DNA from: an uncultured archaeon
GTDB lineage: Archaea; Iainarchaeota; Iainarchaeia; Iainarchaeales; JAAZKV01
Direction: 5' to 3'
Length of the DNA: 64,000 bases
NCBI GenBank assembly: GCA_964534045.1
Contig: CAZHNO010000001.1
Location: 129,786-193,785, forward strand
Shown here: piece after piece, positions 10,339-19,637 of the stretch
How the letters are laid out: every line of letters starts with the position of its first letter
Position numbering within the stretch: the first letter of the stretch is position 1
Notes under the pieces: model-generated
The model's database searches: none
Told to the model about the DNA's origin: nothing
What the model saw: the letters and a program-made list of their open reading frames with translations, nothing else
Position numbers and translations under genes: made by a program

Positions 10339-10890
10339 TCACAAACTAATTATTAAACTTAACAAAGGGGCTTCACTTATGCCACCATAAAAAATATACA
10401 CAAATAAGCCAAGTGGAACCCAATTAAAGAAAAATAACAATAATACCAAAAACAATGTTGTGGCAACTAGTACTCCTAAAAATTCTTTTACAAAAGGAGA
10501 ATACTTTTTTTCTTTTAACAAAGAAGTTGTAATGCTTGCAACAAACTCAAAAAATAATAATACTAATGCTAAAATTATTGTTGCAACAACAATTCTTATT
10601 AGTGCAATTCCAATCATTAAAACATATTCAAATGCAGTGTATTCCATTTCTGCATCTAATGGATTTGCCAAAGAAAAACCCAAAAAAACAAAATACAAAT
10701 ATGTCAAAAATATCATTAAAAAAATTATTGATAAATTAATTACTAAAGTTGATTTTATCCAAGTTAATTCATATTTTTCTTCTATTCTAATTCTTAATGG
10801 GTGTAATATTTTTGCTAAAACAAATAGTACTAATGCTAATGGAATTAGGAATTTTAAAAAATCAATAATTGCAAATAATACATCAACCAT
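10339..10890 (-). CDS. Polytopic membrane protein (about 5 TM), function unknown
   Basis: It has a clean multi-TM hydropathy profile. The overlapping plus-strand ORF 10460-10918 is N/K-rich low complexity and was judged spurious. Confidence 0.5.
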   Translation of the reverse strand: MVDVLFAIIDFLKFLIPLALVLFVLAKILHPLRIRIEEKYELTWIKSTLVINLSIIFLMIFLTYLYFVFLGFSLANPLDAEMEYTAFEYVLMIGIALIRIVVATIILALVLLFFEFVASITTSLLKEKKYSPFVKEFLGVLVATTLFLVLLLFFFNWVPLGLFVYIFYGGISEAPLLSLIISL

Positions 10891-11025
10891 TTTATCAAAA
10901 AAATTAACGTTTTTTTAGTATAATAATCTTTCCGCATGCGTTTTTTTGGCACATATCAAACAAAAAGCAATAAATACTCAAACACTCTTTTTATTATCAA
11001 TAACTTGTGTGAATAGAGTGGTTAA

Positions 11026-11688
11026 ATGGATTATTTTCTTTATGGATTAGCTTTGTTAGGAAGTTTTAGCTTAGGTTATTCTTTGCTACGACTTGGTTTT
11101 CCAGAAAAACAAGGACTTTCATTGATTCAAAAAGTCACATATGGTTATGCAATAGGAATTTTGATTTTTATACCTGGATTTATTGCTGAATTTACTTTTT
11201 CTAAAAAAATTTTCTTTTTGGTTTCAAGTATTTTTTATGCTTTTCTTTTTGCAGGTTTTTTGGCTAAAAGAATTTATTCTAAAGAAACTGATAATGTTGA
11301 ACTTGTGAAAGAAAATACAAAGCAAAGAATTCCTAAAAAAGTTTTAACTGAAGAAGAAAAGAAATCATCACAAAGATATGTTGAAAATGAAGTTAAAGAA
11401 AGTCAAATAAATAATGAAAAAGAATACAAAAAAATAACTGCTGAAGAACTCAAAATTGTTAATTCTGATAAGGGGGAGCAAGTTTTTAAAGAAAAAAAAC
11501 CTAGTGTAATTGAAAGCTTAAGGAAGAAAACAATCGAGGAAAATAAAGTTAGTGATAACAAAAAAAGAAGTGAAGCATTGGCTAGGTTAAAGGGATTGGC
11601 AAAACAAATGGATAAAAAAGAAATTGAAGAAGATGATGAAGATATAAGTGAAGATGAATTAAAAGAAATTAGTGAAGGGGATTATTAA
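11026..11688 (+). CDS. Membrane-anchored protein with a highly charged K/E-rich C-terminal region
   Basis: It has two N-terminal TM helices followed by a charged, low-complexity tail. Its stop overlaps the start of the next gene by 1 nt. Confidence 0.5.
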   Translation: MDYFLYGLALLGSFSLGYSLLRLGFPEKQGLSLIQKVTYGYAIGILIFIPGFIAEFTFSKKIFFLVSSIFYAFLFAGFLAKRIYSKETDNVELVKENTKQRIPKKVLTEEEKKSSQRYVENEVKESQINNEKEYKKITAEELKIVNSDKGEQVFKEKKPSVIESLRKKTIEENKVSDNKKRSEALARLKGLAKQMDKKEIEEDDEDISEDELKEISEGDY

Positions 11689-12446
11689 TGGCTGAAAGGG
11701 TTCCAAGAAGAATGAAGCGATTTTATAGACAACAGGATCAACCACAAACAGATAATGAAAATTATTCTTCAGAAAATTACTCTGAAAAAGATAATTATTC
11801 AAACACCGAATCTCATTTACCAAGTATGGATTATGAAGATTTAGAAATTGATGAAAAAAATTATCAAGAAATAAAAAAAATTGAACAAATGAATCTTGAA
11901 GAAAAACTAACTTTATTAGAAGTTCAAAAGTTTAAAAAAGAAAAGAAAAGACTTCCAAACAAAGAAGAAGCTGAACAAATAGCAGATAACTTGTATACTC
12001 AATTCAAAAACTCTGAAGAAACAACAATTAAAGAAGAAAGTCCAAGAAGTTCTAGAGAAAGGCGAAGAAGAGAAAGAACAAAACGTGGAAAAGGTGAAGA
12101 TATTGCTAATGTTTCTGAAGAAATTAATAGTGCTCCACAAGAACCAATTAACACTAATGCCAATATCAAAGATTTATTTTCTGATACTGAAACTATTGGA
12201 AAAAAGAAAAAGGGAGATGACTTTGATTTGGGAATTGATTTGGATGCAAGTGAAGACAATGATGATTTAGATGAATTAAAAGAAATAAAAACTTTAACTG
12301 GAGATGAGTGTCCAAATTGTGAACAAGAGCACGAAAAGACAATTTATTGTTCAAGTTGTGGAACTGCTTATTGTGAAAAATGTGCAAAAGGAAAAGATGT
12401 TAATGGTTATACTTGCCCTAAATGTGGAACAAAAAATAAAGCATAA
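11688..12446 (+). CDS. Charged/disordered protein with a C-terminal double zinc-ribbon
   Basis: The C-terminus carries CPNCEQEH...CSSCGTAYCEKC...CPKCG, four CxxC pairs. It is preceded by an Arg/Glu-rich stretch (RSSRERRRRERTKRGKGED). Confidence 0.5.
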   Translation: MAERVPRRMKRFYRQQDQPQTDNENYSSENYSEKDNYSNTESHLPSMDYEDLEIDEKNYQEIKKIEQMNLEEKLTLLEVQKFKKEKKRLPNKEEAEQIADNLYTQFKNSEETTIKEESPRSSRERRRRERTKRGKGEDIANVSEEINSAPQEPINTNANIKDLFSDTETIGKKKKGDDFDLGIDLDASEDNDDLDELKEIKTLTGDECPNCEQEHEKTIYCSSCGTAYCEKCAKGKDVNGYTCPKCGTKNKA

Positions 12447-12574
12447 TCTAATTTAGCTTAAAATAAATTTTTAGTCTTTTCAAAAAATAAAAAGTTATTA
12501 TAAAATTACAAAAAGTATTTTCCAATTACTATTTTTTAAAAAAACATATTGGCATCTTAAATTTAATAAAAAAA

Positions 12575-13888
12575 TTAAGACACATTTTTAACTAATTCCC
12601 ATAGTCCATTACTAACCCACATCCAATGATATCCATTAGGAGTTGCTATTCCAAATTCTTTGTAAATGTACGCTTCAGGCGAATATTTTTTATCAGCAAC
12701 ATCAAATTGTGCTCTTGTTGTACACCAATCCCCCCACTGTGCAGGCTGGTTTGTATAACCAAAATAACAAGTTTTTCTTTCTCCCTTATTTGGACTTCTT
12801 ATTCCTGGACAACCTGTTGAAAGTTTTTGTAAATCCATGTGAAAAAAATTATCCCAAATAACCCATTCATCAGGACAATCAACTAATTCTCCTCCCAACT
12901 TTGATTCAATTGAAGTAATTGGTAAATCAACTGGTGTTCCACGAGGATCATATTCATCCCCTTCCATAACGTTTGAGAAATCTATGTTTGGATTTGGGCA
13001 AGGATTTTGACTAGACTTATATGGATAATTTGGATTACAAATATCCTCAAAACCACTTTGAACAGGATATGGAAAAGAATTTTTTTCTTCTTCATTAACT
13101 TGATTGGTTTTATCTATTTCATTTTCAACATATGGACTTATTGTTAAATCAACAATTGAACAATTAAAATCAGGAGATTCTGTTAAATTGATTTCATTTA
13201 ATTCTGGAATGTCTGAAACAACCCACCCACTTAAACCAACTATAAATGGACGACCCATCTTTTGATTTTCAATTGCTGAAGAAAGAGTAACTTTTCCTAA
13301 TGCAGTATCTACTTTACCAACCTTTTGAAAAATTTGTTTTTCTAAAATTTCATTGTCATAAGGATTACAATAAAAATACACTCTTTCAACATCTTTTTCT
13401 CCATCGTAAGGCGGAAGACAACCATCACCAGTACACTGGTGAGTTGCTAATAATAAAAACAAATATTCATCTTCACTTTCACTTAAAATAAAAAAAGCAT
13501 AATCTATTGAAGTATCAAAAGGATTCATTACTTCATCAAGTGTTCGAGTAATTGCCATTCTTGTTTCGGGACTTATTTGTTGTTTGTCAGCATAATCTTC
13601 TTTTACTAGCGCAAGCAAATAATCATTTTCAAAAACTATTCCTTCATCTTCAACTTGTGAAAAAGATTTTCCATCTCTTACAACATTAATATAAGAAATT
13701 ACTTTTAATGAATCAGTGGCAAAATCTCTTGAATAAAAAGAATTTATTTGTTGTTCTGTTGGAATACCATAATTTATTGCGAAATAAAAAAGACTTGTAC
13801 AAATTATTGAAACTATGGTTAAGAAAAAAATTGAATCCATTAAAGCGGCTTGTCCACATTCATTTAGCAAAAACTTTTTCATTCCCAA
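12575..13888 (-). CDS. Pilin-like / pseudopilin-like protein with a large C-terminal domain (437 aa)
   Basis: The N-terminus has a short polar stretch, then GQAAL and a hydrophobic helix (ECG/QAALMDSIFFLTIVSIIC). It is the last gene in the minus-strand run of pilin-like genes and overlaps the upstream gene by 10 nt. Confidence 0.4.
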   Translation of the reverse strand: MGMKKFLLNECGQAALMDSIFFLTIVSIICTSLFYFAINYGIPTEQQINSFYSRDFATDSLKVISYINVVRDGKSFSQVEDEGIVFENDYLLALVKEDYADKQQISPETRMAITRTLDEVMNPFDTSIDYAFFILSESEDEYLFLLLATHQCTGDGCLPPYDGEKDVERVYFYCNPYDNEILEKQIFQKVGKVDTALGKVTLSSAIENQKMGRPFIVGLSGWVVSDIPELNEINLTESPDFNCSIVDLTISPYVENEIDKTNQVNEEEKNSFPYPVQSGFEDICNPNYPYKSSQNPCPNPNIDFSNVMEGDEYDPRGTPVDLPITSIESKLGGELVDCPDEWVIWDNFFHMDLQKLSTGCPGIRSPNKGERKTCYFGYTNQPAQWGDWCTTRAQFDVADKKYSPEAYIYKEFGIATPNGYHWMWVSNGLWELVKNVS

Positions 13889-14481
13889 ATCACCATAACC
13901 ATTATTGCAGGAACTATTAATTTGTAATCACTTTCTTGAATTGTCATATCAGTTTGAACAGCAACTGGATAAAACCGCATCAAATAATTTGATTTTTTAT
14001 CAGTTAACTTTTTTGCCCCTTTTCTCAAATATTCACAAGAATATGTTTCTTGCTCACTCCCCTTATTTAACCCAGTTAAAAAATTTTCAAATTCTCCACC
14101 CAACTCAGAAAAACTATCACTTTTAAAATCAGTTATTACTTGTTCTTTAAGTTCAGCAAGTTCCTTTAGTTTTTCATTAGAATAAATTGCAACACGAAAA
14201 TTATATTCATGAATTTCGTTTTGAACCATGGTACACCTATCTCTGAATTGGTCAACATTTAAAAGTAAAGAATCACCTTTCAAGTCACGAGAAATTGCTA
14301 ACAAACTCAAATTTTTTTTTAATTCAATATTCTTTTCAGTGTATGAATTTAAAGTTAATGCAAAAATTGTGAAAAATAAAAGTAATGCAACCACAATTGG
14401 AATTAATGATGGCAAATCATCTCCAATTGCCCCAATAAATCCCTTTGAATTAATTTTTTTAATTTTTATCTTTTTACTCAC
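13879..14481 (-). CDS. Pilin-like protein with a class III signal peptide (200 aa)
   Basis: The N-terminus is MSKKIKIKKINSKG/FIGAIGDD..LIPIVVALLLFFTIFAL. The basic stretch, KG at -2/-1 and the hydrophobic helix are typical of archaeal prepilin signals. Confidence 0.5.
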   Translation of the reverse strand: MSKKIKIKKINSKGFIGAIGDDLPSLIPIVVALLLFFTIFALTLNSYTEKNIELKKNLSLLAISRDLKGDSLLLNVDQFRDRCTMVQNEIHEYNFRVAIYSNEKLKELAELKEQVITDFKSDSFSELGGEFENFLTGLNKGSEQETYSCEYLRKGAKKLTDKKSNYLMRFYPVAVQTDMTIQESDYKLIVPAIMVMVIWE

Positions 14482-14522
14482 AATAACATCTCATTTTTAT
14501 TAATTTAATTTAAACTTAAAAA

Positions 14523-15311
14523 TTATTTAACATACCCTGCATCTTTACAATCTTGCCAAGATAATTGGTTTGATTGAGTGGTAAAATTTTCTGACTCTAT
14601 AATTTCTTTATCAATTTCAAAACATTGTCCAATTCTATCATTAGGTGCTGGATTACCCCCCCTTTCTAATGATAATTTATAACAACCAACTCGCAAAATA
14701 TTTTCTTCACAATTATTTAAATAATAAATTACTCCATTCGCATCACTAAAATTTTTTACAAGGGTGGTGCAAGGAATTATATACAAATTTAATATTCCCC
14801 CTTCAACTTCTTTTAATGTAACAAAAGCATTTGGCGGAGCATATTGATTTCCTTTATTTGATTCTCTTGGATACAAAGCAATTGAGTCTTTTATATTTCC
14901 ACTACTAATTGGATCAGTTGAAGCAATAAAACTTGGATCAACCAGAGTTACTTTTCCATTAACAATTATATTTCTTGCATCATAAATTTTTTCTTTCCCA
15001 TGTTCATTTATTGACAAAATTAATCTAGTATTATTTTCGGATTCCACTTTTGCAAAAACAAAATCATAATAAAGTCTTGAAGTGCCAAAACCAGAATCAA
15101 AATATTCTGGAATTGTTGTTGTTTCAAATGAACACAAAGAATCAATACCTAATTGTCCTGAAATTGTTTGAGCTTGTAATTCTAATGTACTTGCTGTAAT
15201 ATTTTTTAACTGCATCCCTGAAATAAAATTAAAAAACATTAAAGCAATTACCATCATTGCAACTGCAAAAATCATCATTTGCATTTTACTCAAAATAAAA
15301 CCAAGCATCAC
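14523..15311 (-). CDS. Pilin-like membrane-anchored protein (262 aa)
   Basis: The N-terminus has the hydrophobic helix MIFAVAMMVIALMFFNF after SKMQ. It sits in the same operon as the other pilin-like genes. The signal is non-canonical. Confidence 0.4.
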   Translation of the reverse strand: MMLGFILSKMQMMIFAVAMMVIALMFFNFISGMQLKNITASTLELQAQTISGQLGIDSLCSFETTTIPEYFDSGFGTSRLYYDFVFAKVESENNTRLILSINEHGKEKIYDARNIIVNGKVTLVDPSFIASTDPISSGNIKDSIALYPRESNKGNQYAPPNAFVTLKEVEGGILNLYIIPCTTLVKNFSDANGVIYYLNNCEENILRVGCYKLSLERGGNPAPNDRIGQCFEIDKEIIESENFTTQSNQLSWQDCKDAGYVK

Positions 15312-15323
15312 TATCCCTCGAAA

Positions 15324-15884
15324 TTATATTCTCCTATAAGTACAAATAACTGGATAAGTTTTTCCAGCAGCAGCAACATTTCTCAAAATATATGTTCCTG
15401 AACTAATTCTTTGTCCAGCTGCAGTTGGATTTAATGGTGTAAAACCACTTAAGTCAGCCTCATCAGTTGGACAATCAGTATCTGTTACAAAACTAGTGTA
15501 AACCGGCAAGTTCAAGCACTTTTGAATTAATCCATCAGCGATATCATCAGCACTAAAAGTAAAAACAAAACAAGACTCTACTGCTCTTCCACAAATATTA
15601 CCACACTTTTTGCTGTCTGAGTATTTATCTATTCGAACAATTGATTTGGTTTCATTATAACAAGAAGTTTCATTTGGTCTAAATTCAAATTTGTTTGATG
15701 TTCTAAATGAAGCGGTGTCTTCAAGTTTTAATTTAAATTCGGTTATTTCTTTATCAATAGTGGCTAAGCAAACTTGATCATTAGCATTAGCAATCATTTG
15801 TGAACCAATAATTACAACAAAACCCATTATTATTATTGCTACTAATAATTCAAATGGAGAATTAACTTGTGCTTTTGAATTCAT
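15324..15884 (-). CDS. Pilin-like protein with a class III signal peptide (186 aa)
   Basis: The N-terminus is MNSKA/QVNSPFELLVAIIIMGFVVIIG. It has K at -2, A at -1 and Q at +1, followed by the hydrophobic helix. Confidence 0.55.
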   Translation of the reverse strand: MNSKAQVNSPFELLVAIIIMGFVVIIGSQMIANANDQVCLATIDKEITEFKLKLEDTASFRTSNKFEFRPNETSCYNETKSIVRIDKYSDSKKCGNICGRAVESCFVFTFSADDIADGLIQKCLNLPVYTSFVTDTDCPTDEADLSGFTPLNPTAAGQRISSGTYILRNVAAAGKTYPVICTYRRI

Positions 15885-15995
15885 AAATTAAAAGGGAAAA
15901 GGTAATATTTAAACTTGAGTAATCAAAAATAAGGGTACTTTTTTACAAAAAAATATTTATTTTAATTTTAAAAATTATTTGCTTTTACAATTAAA

Positions 15996-16154
15996 TTAAT
16001 TAGAAGTTGTTTTTGGAATTGTTTTTTGAGCATTCTTGTACATTGGTTTTACTATAACAATTAGTGCTAGTGCAGCTATTGCAAAAACCAACACCATATA
16101 CACCATTCCAAAATCACTAGAAGCTGATTCTTCTTTGAACAAACTATTTTTCAT
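15996..16154 (-). CDS. Small (52 aa) single-TM protein located between pilin-like genes
   Basis: The ORF was translated by hand on the minus strand: MKNSLFKEESASSDFGMVYMVLVFAIAALALIVIVKPMYKNAQKTIPKTTSN. It is below the 60-aa cutoff of the supplied ORF track. Flp-like size. Confidence 0.3.
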   Translation of the reverse strand: MKNSLFKEESASSDFGMVYMVLVFAIAALALIVIVKPMYKNAQKTIPKTTSN

Positions 16155-16241
16155 AATAACTTAGAGTTAAAAGGAATATATTAATGTTTTGAAAAAAAAA
16201 GAAAAAAAGAAAGGAAAAATTATCCCTTTCTTTTATTTAAT

Positions 16242-16778
16242 TTAACCTGATCTATTCAATATTACTACACAAAGTTTATCGAATCCAGCTTCTTCCCATT
16301 CAGTTGGAATGTCTGAAGTACCACCTTCAAAGTGACCATCCATTTTAGCATTTAATATTGATTCTTCCAAATCATCAACATTTGCTTCACAAACAATTGT
16401 GGCTTTTGCTTTTAAAGGACTTGAAGTTTCATTAGTAATTGAAGTAGTACAAATTCCATCACTCCCTTCTTCATAACCAGTATTTGTTATTTGCGAACCA
16501 AACTTTGCTGTTCCAAATATAAATGAACAAGGATCAACTCCTTTTGCTGCAAAGTGTGATGATCTAATTGTATAACCAGCCTCTATTTGAAAAACACCAG
16601 TATCTTTTTTACCATAACTTATTGAAGACAAAGAATTTCCAATTGTTGTTGTTGCATCCCCTGTTGGAGTAGTAATATTATTTATTATTGGTAACAAAAC
16701 AAATAGTATTGCTATTGCTACTATTGCCGCAATCATCAGTTCGAAAACACTAAATGCTTGTCCACGTTGATTAACCAT
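16242..16778 (-). CDS. Pilin-like protein with a class III signal peptide (178 aa)
   Basis: The N-terminus is MVNQRG/QAFSVFELMIAAIVAIAILFVLL. RGQ plus the hydrophobic helix matches the archaeal type IV pilin signature. Confidence 0.6.
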   Translation of the reverse strand: MVNQRGQAFSVFELMIAAIVAIAILFVLLPIINNITTPTGDATTTIGNSLSSISYGKKDTGVFQIEAGYTIRSSHFAAKGVDPCSFIFGTAKFGSQITNTGYEEGSDGICTTSITNETSSPLKAKATIVCEANVDDLEESILNAKMDGHFEGGTSDIPTEWEEAGFDKLCVVILNRSG

Positions 16779-16901
16779 AATTTTAACCTCCTTTAATTAA
16801 AGATAATTAACAAAAGAAAGCAAAGGTAGTATTTAAACTTTGTTAGTAAGTTGGCTTTGTGTAAGAAGTAAGGAAAACCCTTGACTTTCTACACAAGTTA
16901 A

Positions 16902-18158
16902 TTACTTTTTACACAGACTTGTATCAACCCCTAATTCATTAGTTTCATGTATCATTACTACTATGTTATGGCACAAAATCTTGAACAATAATTCGTTTAC
17001 TTGTGCAGTATAAGTTTTTGATTTTAAAGTATCATTGAATTTAGATTTAATCATGTGAAAAGTTGTTTCCGAATTACTTCTCAAGTGATAGTGTTTCATA
17101 AACTCTTCTTTGTTGTATTGGAAATAATGAAACATTTTTCGCCATAATCTGCCACGATTTCCTGTATGACAAGTAGCAGTAATATTCTTTGAATAAGGTA
17201 TGTATGCTTGTCCGCCCATTTCTGCAACTACATTATAACTTTCTCTTGAATTGTATGCTCCGTCTGCCGTTATTTCTTGAACATCAAAATTGTTTAATCT
17301 TTGAACAAGCGGTTTGAAGCTTGAAATGTCGCCTGTTCCTTCTCCGTAAGATTTAGTTATTTCTGCGGAGCATACAATATTTGTTTTCACTCCACTTAGA
17401 AGATGTGCTTTTAACCAAATATTCTTTTTTGTAGTTCCATGTTTTTCTTGACAATATTGATTAAATGAGTTAGTTCTGAAACCGCTACTATCTACTGCAA
17501 AATTCTTTTCTACACTCTTAAGAGTTTCTGCCGTCTTAGTAATCACATCTTTTAGAATTGGAGTTAGTTCTTCTTTTTGTAAGTAGTGTCCGATTGAAGC
17601 AAAACAAGGTTTCTTTTCAACAAATCCTTTTTCTTTTGCGTTATCTAAATCACTCATAAACCTTCTTAAAGAAAATTGTGTATAAACTTTTAGAGCAGAA
17701 GAAAAAAATAAATCTTTTTGGCTTATTTTTGGTCTTCCAAATTCATAAGGTGGTTCTTGAATATTAGAAGATAAATCGTTTAAGAGTTCTAAGAAGCGTG
17801 TTTTTTCTGTTTCTTGGGATTTGTTATAAACGCTCCATGCTTGAGGATAAGTTAAACGCTTAGTTTCAATATTAGTTACTCCGTTTTGAGTAGTCGCTTT
17901 TTGTAAATAGTATTCTACTGCGAAAGCGTGTTTGCATCTTACTTGTCTTAGTTGACAATCTGGACAATTACAATTATCCAAATGTTCTGAAACTAAATAT
18001 TTCTTTTTACTTGATTGACTACTTACTAAGTAACCTTCTTTTACTTTTGTTATTGCTCTTGTTTGAGCAATTATTTTTCCTTTTTCTTCTCTTTGATTTA
18101 TCATATTTAACCACCTTCTAATAATATATATTATATATATTATATAGTTTATGAACAT
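16902..18158 (-). CDS. Transposase with an N-terminal SWIM-type zinc finger and a C-terminal DDE domain
   Basis: The SWIM-like segment is CNCPDCQLRQVRCKHAF (CxC..C..CxH). The DDE-like segments are AVDSSGF, ITADGAYNS and SNSETTFHMIKSKF (IS4/IS5-like). Confidence 0.65.
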   Translation of the reverse strand: MFINYIIYIIYIIRRWLNMINQREEKGKIIAQTRAITKVKEGYLVSSQSSKKKYLVSEHLDNCNCPDCQLRQVRCKHAFAVEYYLQKATTQNGVTNIETKRLTYPQAWSVYNKSQETEKTRFLELLNDLSSNIQEPPYEFGRPKISQKDLFFSSALKVYTQFSLRRFMSDLDNAKEKGFVEKKPCFASIGHYLQKEELTPILKDVITKTAETLKSVEKNFAVDSSGFRTNSFNQYCQEKHGTTKKNIWLKAHLLSGVKTNIVCSAEITKSYGEGTGDISSFKPLVQRLNNFDVQEITADGAYNSRESYNVVAEMGGQAYIPYSKNITATCHTGNRGRLWRKMFHYFQYNKEEFMKHYHLRSNSETTFHMIKSKFNDTLKSKTYTAQVNELLFKILCHNIVVMIHETNELGVDTSLCKK

Positions 18159-18174
18159 AACTCTTTATAAATAG

Positions 18175-18192
18175 ATATGATATATATCATAT
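18175..18192. promoter_or_regulatory. Perfect 18-bp palindrome (atatgatatatatcatat) in the divergent promoter region; candidate operator
   Basis: Palindromy was verified by reverse-complementing the sequence. It lies about 30 bp upstream of the small RHH ORF and between the divergent transposase and MTase operons. A TA-rich TATA-like tract sits at 18124-18146. Confidence 0.4.
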
Positions 18193-18223
18193 ATAACAAA
18201 GATATTTAAAGGGGAAATACATT

Positions 18224-18372
18224 ATGAGTATGATGCCAAAGACAAAATATAAAGAACCATTTGTGCAAAAAGCAATTACAATAAGAAAAGACCAAGCTGA
18301 ATTTATACAAGACAATACTATTAATTTATCTAAATTTGTGCAAAAGAAATTAGATGAGTTGATGAAAAAATA
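18224..18372 (+). CDS. Small (49 aa) ribbon-helix-helix-like DNA-binding protein; possible R-M controller
   Basis: Hand translation gives MSMMPKTKYKEPFVQKAITIRKDQAEFIQDNTINLSKFVQKKLDELMKK. A beta-strand-like KAITIRK followed by two helices fits an RHH fold. It is immediately upstream of the MTase. Confidence 0.4.
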
Positions 18373-18419
18373 AGCTCGGCAAAGAACTAAGATTAAGTTT
18401 AATAATAAGTAATGGATTT

Positions 18420-19637
18420 TTGATGATTATGAAAAAAGAAAAACCAAAAGTCGTAAGTCTATTTTCTGGTTGTGGTGGGCTTGATTTAGGATTTAAACAA
18501 GCAGGATATGAAATAATTTGGGCAAACGATTTTGATAAAGATAGCGTTGAAACTTATAAAAGAAATATTGATGACAGAATAATTTTAGGAGATATCACAA
18601 AAATCCCAAGCTCACAAATACCAAAAAATGCAGATGTATTACTTGGTGGATTTCCTTGTCAAGGATTTTCAGTTGCAAACAATAAAAGAAATGTTGATGA
18701 TAAAAGAAACTTTTTGTATAAAGAAATGTTAAGAGTAATTAAAGATACTCAACCAAAATATTTTATTGCAGAAAATGTAAAAGGAATTTTATCACTTGGA
18801 AAAGGAAAAGTAATTGAAATGATAATTAAAGATTTTAATTCATTAGGATATAAAGTAGAAAAACCATTTGTAATAAATTGCTCATATTATGGAGTTCCAC
18901 AAAATAGAGAAAGAGTAATTATAATGGGAAACCGAATTAATGCACCAAATAAATTTCCTTTAGTAACACACAAAAATGGTTATCAAACTCCAATACCTGA
19001 TTTTATAAAACCTAAAAATTTTGAAAAATTACCTTATGTTATTTCAGTTAAAGAAGCTATAGGACATTTTCCTGAACCTGAAACTAAAGAAGGTAAGAAG
19101 ATACCTAACCATACTGCTTCAAATAATGTTCAAGGACATTATATTGCAAGAAAGAATGAAATAAAACAAGCAGATGTATGTGATTATCTAAAGTATTGGA
19201 GAGCAAAGAGAAAAATAACTACCCATAAAATTGATGAATTATTAGGATACAAGCATACTGCTGGGCATTGGTTTAGAAAAGATATTTCTGGCTCAATACC
19301 TTCTCCTGAAGATTGGTTAAAGCTAAAAGAAATTTTAAAATTTGATGACAAATTTGATAAATTAGTGACTGAAGTAGAAAAGCGTGAAATTAAATTTGAG
19401 CAATCATTAAGAATTACAAATTGGGATAGACCAAGTGACACAATAACTGCAAGTGGTCCAGAAATCCATGTTAATAAAAAAAGAAGATTGACTGCACGAG
19501 AATGTGCTACTCTTCAAAGTTTTCCTGATTATTTTATTTTTGAGGGTAGTTTGTCAAGCCAATATAGACAAATTGGAAATGCTGTTCCGCCATTAATTGG
19601 AAAACATTTTGCTAAAGAAATTAAAAAGAATTTATGA
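18420..19637 (+). CDS. DNA (cytosine-5)-methyltransferase, type II R-M modification subunit
   Basis: Motif I is FSGCGGLDLGF. Motif IV is GGFPCQGFS, with the catalytic PCQ. Motif VI is ENV (AENVKG). The C-terminus has QIGNAVPP. Confidence 0.85.
   Translation: MMIMKKEKPKVVSLFSGCGGLDLGFKQAGYEIIWANDFDKDSVETYKRNIDDRIILGDITKIPSSQIPKNADVLLGGFPCQGFSVANNKRNVDDKRNFLYKEMLRVIKDTQPKYFIAENVKGILSLGKGKVIEMIIKDFNSLGYKVEKPFVINCSYYGVPQNRERVIIMGNRINAPNKFPLVTHKNGYQTPIPDFIKPKNFEKLPYVISVKEAIGHFPEPETKEGKKIPNHTASNNVQGHYIARKNEIKQADVCDYLKYWRAKRKITTHKIDELLGYKHTAGHWFRKDISGSIPSPEDWLKLKEILKFDDKFDKLVTEVEKREIKFEQSLRITNWDRPSDTITASGPEIHVNKKRRLTARECATLQSFPDYFIFEGSLSSQYRQIGNAVPPLIGKHFAKEIKKNL

Noticed and set aside
10339-10890. 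Possibility that this membrane protein, or 57087-57584, is the prepilin peptidase (A24)
   Set aside because: Neither contains the GxGD/GGGD aspartyl motif or a convincing first catalytic Asp pattern.
10460-10918. Plus-strand 152-aa ORF overlapping the minus-strand membrane-protein gene
   Set aside because: The translation is N/K/I-rich low complexity typical of an AT-rich antisense frame. The minus-strand ORF gives a coherent polytopic membrane protein.
18124-18146. TA-repeat tract (tatatattatatatattatata) as a distinct repeat element
   Set aside because: This is most simply a low-complexity TATA-rich promoter region in the divergent intergenic spacer, not a structured repeat family.
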